Both the position numbers and the translations under genes were made by a program. From a virus (lineage: Duplodnaviria; Heunggongvirae; Uroviricota; Caudoviricetes), in the IMG/VR virus record IMGVR_UViG_2721755660_000011: 52,258 nt of DNA; one strand, given 5' to 3'. Of this stretch, positions 26,333-34,950 are shown one piece after another (the stretch's first letter is position 1; every line of letters begins with the position of its first letter). Under the pieces are notes generated by a model. It searched no databases and was not told the origin of the DNA. It saw only the letters and a program-made list of their open reading frames with translations.

Positions 26333-26852
26333 TCAGCAACCCCGGTATCAGTTCATCCAGCGCGGCTGCTTTGTTCATGGCTTTGATGATATCCCGTTTC
26401 AGGAAATCAACATGTCGGTTTTCCAGTTCCGGAAAACGCCGCTGCACCGACAGGGGGATCCCGTCGAGAATACTGGCAATTTCACCTGCGATCCGCGACA
26501 GCACGAAAGTACAGAATGCGGTTTCCACCACTTCAGCGGAGTCTCTGGCATTTTTCAGCTCCTGTGCGTCGGCCTGTGCACGCGTAAGTCGATGGCGTTC
26601 GTACTCAATAGTCCCTGGCTGGAGATCTGTCTCGCTGGCCTGCCGCAGTTCTTCAACTTCCCGGCGCAGCTTTTCGTTCTCAATTTCAGCATCCCTTTCG
26701 GCATACCATTTTATGACGGCGGCAGAATCATAAAGCACCTCATTACCCTTGCCACCGCCTCGCAGAACGGGCATTCCCTGTTCCTGCCAGTTCTGAATGG
26801 TACGGATACTCGCACCGAAAATGTCAGCCAGCTGCTTTTTGTTGACTTCCAT
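26307..26852 (-). CDS. nu1: Terminase small subunit Nu1
   Basis: 181 aa, MEVNKKQLADIFGASIRTIQNWQEQGMPVLRGGGKGNEVLYDSAAVIKWY matches lambda gpNu1; sequence GAATGAACAATGGAAGTCAAC at the start matches the lambda Nu1 start region. Confidence 0.95.
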
Positions 26853-26891
26853 TGTTCATTCGTAAGCGGCTCGCCAGAACCGTATTGATAT

Positions 26892-28463
26892 TTACTGAGA
26901 GGTCAGATCAACTTTCCAGGGCAACAGATCGCGTACCCGGTTTGCCGGCCAGTCCTGGATATGCTCAATGACGTAACGCAGCCATTTTTCTGGTTCCACA
27001 TTGTTCAGACGGCATGTGCCGATCAGCGAGTACAACACCGCCGCATGTTCGCCACCGCTGTCGGAACCCGCGAAGAGCCAGTTTTTCCGGCCTACGGCCA
27101 CTCCCCGTAAGGCGTTCTCTGCGATGTTGTTGTCGATTTCCACCTGGCCATTACTGCAGTACACGTTCAGGCCATCCCACTGTTTCAGCAGGTATGCGAA
27201 CGCTTTTGCCGTATCCGAGTGACGCGACAGTGTTTTCATCTGAGTCTGTATCCAGTCATACAGTGACTGCATCAGTGGCGCAGCTCTGGCTTTTCTTGCC
27301 GCCAGACGCTGTTCTGCTGTACATCCCCGGACTTCTGCCTCTATGGCATACAGTTCACCGATACGCTGCAGGGCTTCCGTGGTGATGTCGGTGGGCACTC
27401 TTGCATGCACATCGTGGATTTTTCTCCGGGCATGAGCCATACACGCGGCTTCCGTTATTCTGCCGGATTCGTATAACACCCGGTAACCACCGTAAGCATC
27501 GGCCTGAAGCACACCGCTGTAACCGGCCAGATGATTCTGTGGATGGACGCCTTTCCGGTCCGGGCTGTACGCGAACCAGACCGCCGGAGGCATCTGTGAA
27601 CCGGCGTTACGGTCATCACGGACGTAGACCCACAGCCGGGCAGTCCTTGTTTTACCACTGCCCGGCTCCTGGACCGGGACGGGGATATCATCGGCATGGA
27701 CTTTACCGGGCATCAGCACATACTGGCGCAGGACGTCATACAGCGGCTCCAGCAGTTCAGCAACGGCACCTGTCCAGCGCCCCAGCGTGGCGCGGCTCAG
27801 CTCCACGCCCTGGCGACGGTATATTTCTGACTGGCGGTATAACGGCAGATGGTCTGCATATTTCCCGGTGACAACATGGGCCAGAAGCCCCGCTCCGGCA
27901 TAACTGCGTGCAATGGGTTTTGAAGGTACTGGTGCCTGCACGATATGGTCGCACCGGCAACAGGCCAGTTTCGGACGTTGTGCTTCGATAACCTTAAAGG
28001 CGCTGCTGATAAGCTCCAGTTGCTCTGACACATCACATCCCAGAGAACTGAGTTCGCCACCACAGGCCGGGCAGCATTCCTCTTCCGGCCGGATAACCCG
28101 GGTTTCACGGGGAAGTGAGGTCGGTAACGGTTTACGGGCAGAAGACTGGCGCAGGGGGGATGGCAGTGCCGGGTCATATTGCTCACCCAGCGTTTCTGCC
28201 ATTTCTTCCTGAAGTGCGCTGATTCGCTCCTGTGCTTCCTGTATCTGCCGTTCGGTTTTTGCACGAAGTTTTTCTGAGCTTTTACCGAACTGCATACGCT
28301 GCAGTTTCGCAACCAGCGCCTTCAGCCGGTTGATTTCGGAAGCATAAGCCGCCACCCGCTGTGAGAGCAGGCGGTTGTATTCAGCCATCTGGCGGATGGT
28401 GTCCTGTTGTGTCTGCAACAGTGCCCGCAGGCGGGCATTCTCATGAGCAAGTGAGGTGTCCAT
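26892..28463 (-). CDS. IS66-family transposase TnpC
   Basis: 523 aa; N-terminal coiled-coil region then CxxC...CxxC zinc-binding and DDE domain typical of IS66 TnpC. Confidence 0.85.
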   Translation of the reverse strand: MDTSLAHENARLRALLQTQQDTIRQMAEYNRLLSQRVAAYASEINRLKALVAKLQRMQFGKSSEKLRAKTERQIQEAQERISALQEEMAETLGEQYDPALPSPLRQSSARKPLPTSLPRETRVIRPEEECCPACGGELSSLGCDVSEQLELISSAFKVIEAQRPKLACCRCDHIVQAPVPSKPIARSYAGAGLLAHVVTGKYADHLPLYRQSEIYRRQGVELSRATLGRWTGAVAELLEPLYDVLRQYVLMPGKVHADDIPVPVQEPGSGKTRTARLWVYVRDDRNAGSQMPPAVWFAYSPDRKGVHPQNHLAGYSGVLQADAYGGYRVLYESGRITEAACMAHARRKIHDVHARVPTDITTEALQRIGELYAIEAEVRGCTAEQRLAARKARAAPLMQSLYDWIQTQMKTLSRHSDTAKAFAYLLKQWDGLNVYCSNGQVEIDNNIAENALRGVAVGRKNWLFAGSDSGGEHAAVLYSLIGTCRLNNVEPEKWLRYVIEHIQDWPANRVRDLLPWKVDLTSQ

Positions 28464-28482
28464 ATCCTCACTTTACATCGGG

Positions 28483-28830
28483 TTATATGCGGATTCCAGC
28501 GCGTTCCGTTCGTTTCGGGTGCTTCCAGTTGATGCCCTCAAGAAGCATGGACAACTGAGCCGGAGTAAGGTGAACCTTTCCATCGCGGGTGACCGGCCAG
28601 ACGAAGCGGCCCCGCTCCAGGCGTTTGGTGAAGAGGCACAGTCCGTCGCTGTCAGCCCACAACACTTTTATCTGGTCACCCCGGCGTCCGCGGAAGATGA
28701 ACAGATGCCCGGAGAACGGGTCATCCTTCAGGACGTTCTGAACTTTTGATGCCAGGCCGTTAAAACCATTTCGCATGTCGGTGATACCGGCAACCAGCCA
28801 GATACGTGAACCGGCAGGGAGAGATATCAT
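28483..28830 (-). CDS. IS66-family accessory protein TnpB
   Basis: 115 aa, MISLPAGSRIWLVAGITDMRNGFNGL... typical IS66 orfB product. Confidence 0.85.
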   Translation of the reverse strand: MISLPAGSRIWLVAGITDMRNGFNGLASKVQNVLKDDPFSGHLFIFRGRRGDQIKVLWADSDGLCLFTKRLERGRFVWPVTRDGKVHLTPAQLSMLLEGINWKHPKRTERAGIRI

Positions 28831-29480
28831 CAGTGGCTGCTCCCTTTCATTTCGCGGATAAGTGTCTGTAATAACGCCGGTGTCAGTTCACCTTTCAGCC
28901 TGAGAGTTCCGGCCGGCAGAACCAGCTCGCAGCACAGACTGTCTGGCAGTGTATTTATCTGTTCAGGTATCTGCACTGGTGCCGGGATTTTATTATCCGG
29001 CTCCGGAGTTAACGTCACGGGAAGTAGCGATGTTTCATGTTCGCCGGGCGGCTGCAGGCCGCCGTTACGCCAGAGATGCCGCCAGTTAAAGAGCAGGTTA
29101 TCGTTGATTCCGTTCTCACGAGCTATTTGTGCGACACAGGCACCGGGTAAAAGAGTCCGCTGAACAAGTCTCCATTTAAACTCCGGTGAAAATCGGTTCC
29201 GGCGGGGTTTCTCTGCTTTCACAGGCTGAGTCACGGTCGGGGTTGAAGGATATCGCCCCGGGAAAAGAGCCCGGGCCAGTTGCCCGCAGGAATATTCACC
29301 GGAAAGGGGCCAGTCAGTGAATACCTGGTGAAATCGCCTCACCAGAGAAAAAATGGCGGTTTTGCTGACACCAGTCTGCGCAGAAATGCGCGGGTACGAC
29401 AGTGACTCGTCAAATCTCAGCTGTAGCACACGCAGGATCAATTCCGGATTATCTGCCAATACCGCCTTTCGTGCATTCAT
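28830..29480 (-). CDS. IS66-family accessory protein TnpA
   Basis: 216 aa, HTH-containing IS66 orfA-like protein; start-overlaps tnpB stop. Confidence 0.75.
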   Translation of the reverse strand: MNARKAVLADNPELILRVLQLRFDESLSYPRISAQTGVSKTAIFSLVRRFHQVFTDWPLSGEYSCGQLARALFPGRYPSTPTVTQPVKAEKPRRNRFSPEFKWRLVQRTLLPGACVAQIARENGINDNLLFNWRHLWRNGGLQPPGEHETSLLPVTLTPEPDNKIPAPVQIPEQINTLPDSLCCELVLPAGTLRLKGELTPALLQTLIREMKGSSH

Positions 29481-30253
29481 CTTAAATGTCCTTTTACTGC
29501 GAAAATGGACATTAGTATCGGAAACAGGAAAGGGAGGCGAAAGACGGTTTAAATGATGCGCTTACACAATAATAATCTTCTACCCTTATCAGTACCTTTA
29601 CTGCTGTGCTCCAACACAGCAGTTTTTTTGATTATGCTCACATATTTTTCATCCCCACCGCACTGCACATTATAACTGTTGCTTTTCAATTCAGGCTTTG
29701 TGCAGGTATGTCTGAATCTCCTCCGGGAGAGGTCTTCATCGTTATCAGCCCCAAAACACACCAGCGACACTGACAAAGAGCCTGCGAGTGCAGTTGCCCC
29801 GTTTTCGTTTTATGATGTATTCACCCAGTCAAATAATGAGCAAATTCAATCCATGTCAGACGGCAGAGAATCATAAAATTTAACCATCGTGCTTACATAA
29901 ACAATCCGATAAAGACTTAACATACTTAAAATCGCATATTGCATAAGAATAAATAATAAGTCATCAAAAAACATCGGGCAAAACTACCGCAACTCCAGTT
30001 AAAAAGACAATATATTAATCCAGCGACCTCATTTATTATTCAGAAATGCTTAATAATAAGATATTTCCTGTTATTCCTTTATGGAGATCGGGTAACGGCT
30101 CCATGCCAGTCTTGTTGAATGGCTCAAAAAATAAGAGAATAATTCATAACATATATTGTAATTCAGGCTCGGTTATTTCGAATTGAATACTTGCATTAAA
30201 ATCTGATAAAAAATTCGTCATAACAACAACATTCTCTTCTGCATGTGCCATAA

Positions 30254-30283
30254 CCTGCCGTAACAACCCGGCAGGTTTTTTTA
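30254..30283 (+). terminator. Rho-independent terminator in AT-rich spacer between IS66 element and Rz
   Basis: 7 bp GC-rich stem cctgccg / cggcagg with 8 nt loop followed by seven T (30276..30282) on plus strand. Confidence 0.55.
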
Positions 30284-30482
30284 TTGAATAAATTTCCGGT
30301 TTCTTCCACCATCGCACCGGCCAGGCGACTATGAGGGGACAACGCCGCGCTCCGTTAACGCAGTAAACCCCGGTGTGTATCGTTTTTGATTATCCCCGCA
30401 CACTCGCGCAGAGGAGTCTCCCCGTAGGGCTGCGGTCTCTGTTAATGCGGAAATACGGCGACGATACAACGCATTGAAAAAA

Positions 30483-30965
30483 CTATTTCAGGCACTGAGT
30501 ACGGATATATTCCTGAAGCGTTCTCAATGCTGCCTGGTCGCTGATGATTCCGTCTCTGATACCGAGAACGTTTCGTCCAGCAACTGGAGAGAGTTCGACG
30601 CTGGCATCATTGCCCACGCGGGCGGTGGCGGTGGCTTCACGCACGGAGCCTGGACAGGTGGCGTTGATCCGCAGGCGCTTACGACCAGCGGTAACATCAG
30701 CACGCAGAGTTTCATTTTCAGCTCTCGCATCGGCTAATTCCCTCGAGTATTTTGCATCGAGCGCAGCAACATCGTGCTGGCGCTGCTGCATGTCAGCGAT
30801 GGTGGCGGTCGCCTGCTTCAGCTCACTGACTTTTTTATCACGCTGTTCTTTGTAGGCGATGGCGTTATCACGGTAATGATTGACCGCCCACGACAGGCAG
30901 ACGATGATGCAGATAACCAGAGCATAAATAATCGCGGCGACTCTGCTCACTGATCTATCCCCCAA
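30483..30965 (-). CDS. Rz: Spanin inner membrane subunit Rz
   Basis: 160 aa ORF; matches lambda Rz / DLP12 RzpD ([26 protein letters not shown]...); true start may be the GTG at codon 6. Confidence 0.85.
   Translation of the reverse strand: MGDRSVSRVAAIIYALVICIIVCLSWAVNHYRDNAIAYKEQRDKKVSELKQATATIADMQQRQHDVAALDAKYSRELADARAENETLRADVTAGRKRLRINATCPGSVREATATARVGNDASVELSPVAGRNVLGIRDGIISDQAALRTLQEYIRTQCLK
30524..30730 (-). CDS. Rz1: Spanin outer membrane lipoprotein Rz1 (embedded in Rz, +1 frame)
   Basis: 68 aa; lipobox LVVSAC; proline-rich (PPPPPAW) like lambda Rz1; wholly inside Rz in another frame. Confidence 0.75.
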   Translation of the reverse strand: MRELKMKLCVLMLPLVVSACGSTPPVQAPCVKPPPPPAWAMMPASNSLQLLDETFSVSETESSATRQH

Positions 30966-31480
30966 CAGGCTAATGCGCTTTCCTGGTCACGACGAATAAC
31001 CTGTCCATAGCAGTTATTTGAACGTATGCGGCAATCGCGCCCACCATCTTTTATCCACCAGCGAATCGCCTCGCATGCACCCTTACGATCACCGGCATTC
31101 AGCCGCTTATAAAACGTCGACGGGAAACACTTACCGGGGCCAATGTTATAGGGACAAAATGACGCTATACCCGCTTTCTGTGGTTCGGTCAGTGGTACTT
31201 TAATATTGCGTTCCACCCATGCCAGCGCCTTATCACGTTCAATAGCGTTAACCTGGTCGCATTTTTCCTTCGACAGCTTCATTCCCGGTATGACGGGCTT
31301 ACCATCCACCATTGTGGCACCACGACAGATGGTCCATATACCGGAACCATCGCGGTATGCCGTAGTGTGGTTACCCTCTTTTTCATCCAGAAACTGGTCA
31401 AGTATTTGAGGAGCAGACGCGCCTGCAGCAATCAGCGCCAGAACGGCAGCCGACAGGCCGTATCTGATTTTTGCGTTCAT
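30947..31480 (-). CDS. R: Endolysin (lysozyme, signal-anchor-release type)
   Basis: 177 aa; matches my recollection of DLP12 RrrD lysozyme ([43 protein letters not shown]...); N-terminal hydrophobic SAR-like segment. Confidence 0.85.
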   Translation of the reverse strand: MNAKIRYGLSAAVLALIAAGASAPQILDQFLDEKEGNHTTAYRDGSGIWTICRGATMVDGKPVIPGMKLSKEKCDQVNAIERDKALAWVERNIKVPLTEPQKAGIASFCPYNIGPGKCFPSTFYKRLNAGDRKGACEAIRWWIKDGGRDCRIRSNNCYGQVIRRDQESALACWGIDQ

Positions 31481-31543
31481 GGATATTTATCAGGATTTAT
31501 CGGTTTCTGCCCACGGACAGGTTTATCTGTTCCGGTCAGTGGC

Positions 31544-31894
31544 TTAAGGTTGTGATTCCGGAGGAGTCTTCAGAGAACCAGTAATTCTTCCTGGTAGCTC
31601 TCCTTTGTAGGTTATCCACACATTCTGCGCCTCTAAAATTACGGGGCGCTTTTCCGGCGACTGCTCATCCCCTTCACATAACCCGGCAGCAACATCCAGG
31701 AAGACCTGTCTGATGCGCCTTCTGGCTGCTGCTTCATAAAACTCCAGCGCGGCACCTTCAACACGGTCCAGCGAGATGTCCAGGTCAAAAATTTCACCGT
31801 CAAAGCGTTTTTTGTCCCGTAACGCTAAAGTTACCGTAACTTTATTCTCAAAATTGCGGATCCCTTTCACAATCAGTTCATAGTTTTGAGTCAT
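31544..31894 (-). CDS. Hypothetical protein between holin and endolysin (YdfR-like position)
   Basis: 116 aa ORF between S and R, a position occupied by ydfR in the K-12 Qin prophage lysis cassette; family assignment is by position and size only. Confidence 0.4.
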   Translation of the reverse strand: MTQNYELIVKGIRNFENKVTVTLALRDKKRFDGEIFDLDISLDRVEGAALEFYEAAARRRIRQVFLDVAAGLCEGDEQSPEKRPVILEAQNVWITYKGELPGRITGSLKTPPESQP

Positions 31895-31898
31895 TGAA

Positions 31899-32114
31899 TT
31901 ACTCTCCCCGTGCAGCCTTACGCTTGTCTTCTCTGATTTTGAAGTACAGATTTGTCAGATAAGTCAGGAAGCCCAGAACCAGACTCCCCAGTACACCAAT
32001 CGCAGCCCACTGTGACGGACTGACCTGATCAAGCCACTGTAAAAACCAGTAGCCAGCACTGCCTGCGGAGGTGCCGTAGGCAATGCCCGTTGAAATTTTG
32101 TCCATGGATTTCAT
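31899..32114 (-). CDS. S: Holin (phage 21 S / DLP12 EssD-like) with dual-start motif
   Basis: [71 protein letters not shown] matches phage 21 S holin; Met1/Met4 dual start typical of antiholin/holin. The longer ORF to 32192 probably overcalls the start. Confidence 0.85.
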   Translation of the reverse strand: MKSMDKISTGIAYGTSAGSAGYWFLQWLDQVSPSQWAAIGVLGSLVLGFLTYLTNLYFKIREDKRKAARGE

Positions 32115-32225
32115 AACCCCCACCTCGCAGATGCGGGCGTTGTGTAATGGAAACAAAAAAGGCCACCAGCGGCCCGTAAAAACAACACCCAATCAAAGGC
32201 ACCCGCAGATGCCTTTTGCGTGGTG

Positions 32226-32378
32226 TTATTCAGATTTGCGCAGTAAAGGCCGGAGCACGACCAGCACCATCACCACCAGCACACCATCTGCCAGTACCGA
32301 CATCAGCCGTCCGGTAAAATCCACCACCACTACCAGAAACAGCAGGATGGCAGCCAGCACAAGGCGCGCACTTTTCAC
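32226..32378 (-). CDS. Putative small hydrophobic membrane peptide (50 aa, GTG start)
   Basis: Hand translation on minus strand: VKSARLVLAAILLFLVVVVDFTGRLMSVLADGVLVVMVLVVLRPLLRKSE; GTG start overlaps the stop of the upstream 141 aa ORF in a GTGA arrangement. Not in the ORF track (under 60 aa). Confidence 0.3.
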   Translation of the reverse strand: MKSARLVLAAILLFLVVVVDFTGRLMSVLADGVLVVMVLVVLRPLLRKSE

Positions 32379-32800
32379 AGGTACTGCTCCAGTGGTAGCT
32401 GCAGCGCCTGAGCAATTTTCTTCAGTTGCGCTTCTTCATCCGGGCCAATGCCGTCCTGGTCAGCGATATCCAGACACAGGCACAGCACATTAACTGCGTC
32501 ATCAGTACCGGCAACATCAGCCAGCTGACGAAGGGCTTCAGCATTGGCAGAGCGCGGCGACGCTTCATAACGGGCGCGGATATTTGCACTCATTTGTGCA
32601 ATCTCACCGGAGAACGGCGCAAAGGCAGGAAGTGCTGCAATGGTTTTCTCCAGTACCGCGATTTCTTTCGCGTCACAGGTGTCGTCAGCGTATGCAATGG
32701 AATACGCACCCCAGACGGTCGCCTCCACTGCGTCGCGGTTCTCCATCTTCTTCACTTCGGTAATGGCCTTGCGAGTTTTCTTTTTGAAAATACCAAACAT
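32375..32800 (-). CDS. Hypothetical acidic alpha-helical protein (cargo at stx-equivalent position)
   Basis: 141 aa ORF downstream of the phage tRNA cluster and upstream of the holin; composition Ala/Glu/Asp-rich; possible TerB-like fold is a guess only. Confidence 0.5.
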   Translation of the reverse strand: MFGIFKKKTRKAITEVKKMENRDAVEATVWGAYSIAYADDTCDAKEIAVLEKTIAALPAFAPFSGEIAQMSANIRARYEASPRSANAEALRQLADVAGTDDAVNVLCLCLDIADQDGIGPDEEAQLKKIAQALQLPLEQYL

Positions 32801-32974
32801 CGTGACTTTTCCTTTTAGTGGGTGAGCCTGCGCCCGGGGGTGACCAGCCCACAGAGAAAGTCACACTGACCATCCCGTAAGCTCACCCCTGAAAGGCTCT
32901 GTGGTTTTTGATATGCGCCGGGCGTGGCGCGGATACAAAAAAGGCCCGCCAAAGCGAGCCGGGAAAAATAAGTC

Positions 32975-33051
32975 TGGCGCGTTGTACTGGATTCGAACCA
33001 GTGACCGATTGCTTAGAAGGCAATTGCTCTGTCCGACTGAGCTAACAACGC
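32975..33051 (-). tRNA. tRNA-Arg (anticodon UCU), phage-encoded (argO/argN-like)
   Basis: Reverse complement GCGTTGTTAGCTCAGTCGGACAGAGCAATTGCCTTCTAAGCAATCGGTCACTGGTTCGAATCCAGTACAACGCGCCA folds as canonical cloverleaf; anticodon loop CTTCTAA. Confidence 0.8.
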
Positions 33052-33064
33052 ATGATGCAGATAA

Positions 33065-33145
33065 TGGACCGCCATCGAGGACTCGAACCCCGCACCAACA
33101 ACCCTGTTATCGTGTCGTCTGCTCTTCCTGATGAGCTAATGGCGG
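33065..33145 (-). tRNA. tRNA-like gene with noncanonical anticodon arm (possible argN-like or pseudo-tRNA)
   Basis: Reverse complement has a good acceptor stem (CCGCCAT / ATGGCGG), D-arm (GCTC...GAGC), T-arm (CGGGG TTCGAGT CCTCG) and CCA, but I could not fold a standard 5 bp / 7 nt anticodon arm by hand; 81 nt. Confidence 0.4.
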
Positions 33146-33152
33146 TATGTTA

Positions 33153-33228
33153 TGGTGGCCCTTGCTGGATTTGAACCAGCGACCTGGCGATTATGAGTCG
33201 CTCGCTCTCACCACTGAGCTAAAGGGCC
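33153..33228 (-). tRNA. tRNA-Ile2-like (anticodon CAU), phage-encoded (ileZ-like)
   Basis: Reverse complement GGCCCTTTAGCTCAGTGGTGAGAGCGAGCGACTCATAATCGCCAGGTCGCTGGTTCAAATCCAGCAAGGGCCACCA closely resembles E. coli ileX-type tRNA; anticodon loop CTCATAA. Confidence 0.8.
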
Positions 33229-33268
33229 GGGCGCAGGATAATAACGGTACATAACTAATTCTGCAATA

Positions 33269-34327
33269 TCATCCGTTCTGACTGACTAAATCCTGAACTT
33301 CCTTGACCGTCTGCTCAAAACGCTCAGTCTCCAGCTCAACGCCAATTGCACGACGTCCCAGCGCCATCGCTGCTTTGACCGTCGAACCCGACCCCATGAA
33401 AAAATCTGCAACCAGATCTCCCGGACGACTGCTTGCGCTGATTATCTGCTGCAACATTTCTGCCGGTTTTTCGCACGGATGTTTCCCGGGATAGTACTGC
33501 ACCGGTTTATGCATCCACACATCGGTGTACGGCACCTGCACAGTCACACCGAAATACCGCCGCAAATTTTTATATTCTCTCAGCAGTTCCGTATACTGCC
33601 GGTTCAGTTCACTGTATGTGCTGACCAGCTGGTGGTGTGGCTGCTCCAGTTCACCGCGCTGATGTTTTTCTGCTGCAACACGCGCAAACAACGCCTGCAA
33701 TTTGTTGTAATCAGCTTCGTTCGGTAACTGCCACTGACTGGTACCAAACCAGTGCGAAGCCATGTTTTTCTTTCCGGTGGCTTCCGCTATCTGTTTTGAC
33801 GTTATTCCCAGTTCGGCACGAGCATCCCTGAAATACGATATCAGCGGTGCCATTATGTGCTGTTTGAGTTCCCTTTCTTTTGCCGCATAGCCGTCACTTT
33901 TGCCGCGATATGGCCCCTGGTAATGTTCAGCAAACAGAACGCGCTCTGTGGCAGGAAAATATGCGCGCAGACTTTCTTTATTACACCCATTCCAACGTCC
34001 AGACGGCTTCGCCCAGATGATATGGTTAAGCACGTTGAAACGTTCACGCATCATGATCTCAATATCAGATGCCAGGCGATGCCCACAGAACAGGTAAAGG
34101 CTTCCGGCAGGTTTCAACACCCGCCAGAACTGGGCCAGACAGTGGTCCAGCCACTTAAGATAATCTTCGTCCCCTTTCCACTGATTGTCCCAACCGTTGG
34201 GTTTCACCTTGAAGTAAGGCGGATCGGTAACAATCAGGTCAATGGAATCATCAGGCAGGGACTGAATAAAATGCAGGCAATCAGCGTTGATTAAATCAAC
34301 ACTGTTTATTTTTACAGTATTTTTCAT
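33269..34327 (-). CDS. DNA methyltransferase (amino-MTase, likely N6-adenine or N4-cytosine), apparently orphan
   Basis: 352 aa; motif IV DPPY near N-terminus (LIVTDPPYF) and motif I FxGxG near C-terminus (DFFMGSGSTVKAA); no adjacent restriction endonuclease ORF. Confidence 0.8.
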   Translation of the reverse strand: MKNTVKINSVDLINADCLHFIQSLPDDSIDLIVTDPPYFKVKPNGWDNQWKGDEDYLKWLDHCLAQFWRVLKPAGSLYLFCGHRLASDIEIMMRERFNVLNHIIWAKPSGRWNGCNKESLRAYFPATERVLFAEHYQGPYRGKSDGYAAKERELKQHIMAPLISYFRDARAELGITSKQIAEATGKKNMASHWFGTSQWQLPNEADYNKLQALFARVAAEKHQRGELEQPHHQLVSTYSELNRQYTELLREYKNLRRYFGVTVQVPYTDVWMHKPVQYYPGKHPCEKPAEMLQQIISASSRPGDLVADFFMGSGSTVKAAMALGRRAIGVELETERFEQTVKEVQDLVSQNG

Positions 34328-34477
34328 GGATCAGTAAGCGTAACTCTGGTAGGCTCACTCTGCTTTTGCGCTAAAGCAGTGGGCCGTGGTTCGCTTGTGA
34401 CCAGTAAGCATGAGCGAATGGCTGGCAGGTGCTACCAACACCCACCAGCCGCCCATTTTCACAGCAGGAAACCGCCA

Positions 34478-34765
34478 TTACTGGCAGCGTCTGAATTTAT
34501 TCCCGTACCCGCCGTTATCCTTCGCCAGACCCGCCAGAACTAACTGAGTCAGTATTAACTGGCACCGGACTTCGCTTACTCCGGTAGTTCTCGTCATCAT
34601 GCGTGGCGTTACCCACTTGTCAGCAGGTAAGAAATGAAGGACTGCGGCGGCGGTTTCTGTCATATCTTGCTGTTTTAGCATGTTTTTTCCCTTCTGGTTA
34701 ACATGACATACCAATAACTCTTGTCTAAAAAGCCAGCAAGATAAAAAGTCAGTATTCACGACCAC
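34478..34765 (-). CDS. Hypothetical protein, first ORF downstream of putative late terminator
   Basis: 95 aa ORF; real start may be the internal Met at about 34681 (MLKQQDMTETAAAV...). Confidence 0.35.
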   Translation of the reverse strand: MVVNTDFLSCWLFRQELLVCHVNQKGKNMLKQQDMTETAAAVLHFLPADKWVTPRMMTRTTGVSEVRCQLILTQLVLAGLAKDNGGYGNKFRRCQ

Positions 34766-34801
34766 CAGCGTGTTTACTGTACTGCACCAAGTTTACAGGT
34801 A

Positions 34802-34820
34802 CAAAAAAACCGCTCAGCGG
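34802..34820 (-). terminator. Candidate tR'-like terminator (short GC hairpin followed by T-run on minus strand)
   Basis: Minus-strand sequence CCGCTGAGCGG followed by seven to eight T; located between Q region and the late genes, as tR' is in lambda. Stem is only 4 bp, so weak. Confidence 0.35.
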
Positions 34821-34950
34821 CGGGTTTAAGTTGTGTGGCGAAGTAACCACTCTTAACAGCATATTTGATTTTTTACGATTGTAAACGGTTGATTATTCAT
34901 CTCCAATAAAAATAATTGTGTAGGTATGCCCTTAACAATGGATAAGAAAC

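Larger units (their letters stand above)
26862..29565 (-). mobile_element. IS66-family insertion sequence (ISEc8-like), three ORFs tnpA-tnpB-tnpC
   Basis: Ends begin with GTAAGCG (26862 on plus strand, and reverse complement ending 29565), characteristic of IS66-family inverted repeats; contains the three canonical IS66 ORFs. Boundaries estimated by eye; no clean 8 bp target duplication seen. Confidence 0.75.

Noticed and set aside
32230-32415. 61 aa ORF from the six-frame track (MLRRCSYHWSSTCEKCAPCAGC...)
   Set aside because: Cys/Gly/Arg-rich and not protein-like; a different frame over the same DNA gives a clean hydrophobic 50 aa peptide with GTGA coupling, which I report instead.
32375-33228. 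Shiga toxin genes stxA/stxB at the tRNA-to-holin locus
   Set aside because: Locus architecture matches the stx insertion site of Stx phages, but no ORF resembles StxA (about 315 aa with signal peptide) or StxB (about 89 aa); the slot holds a 141 aa acidic protein instead.
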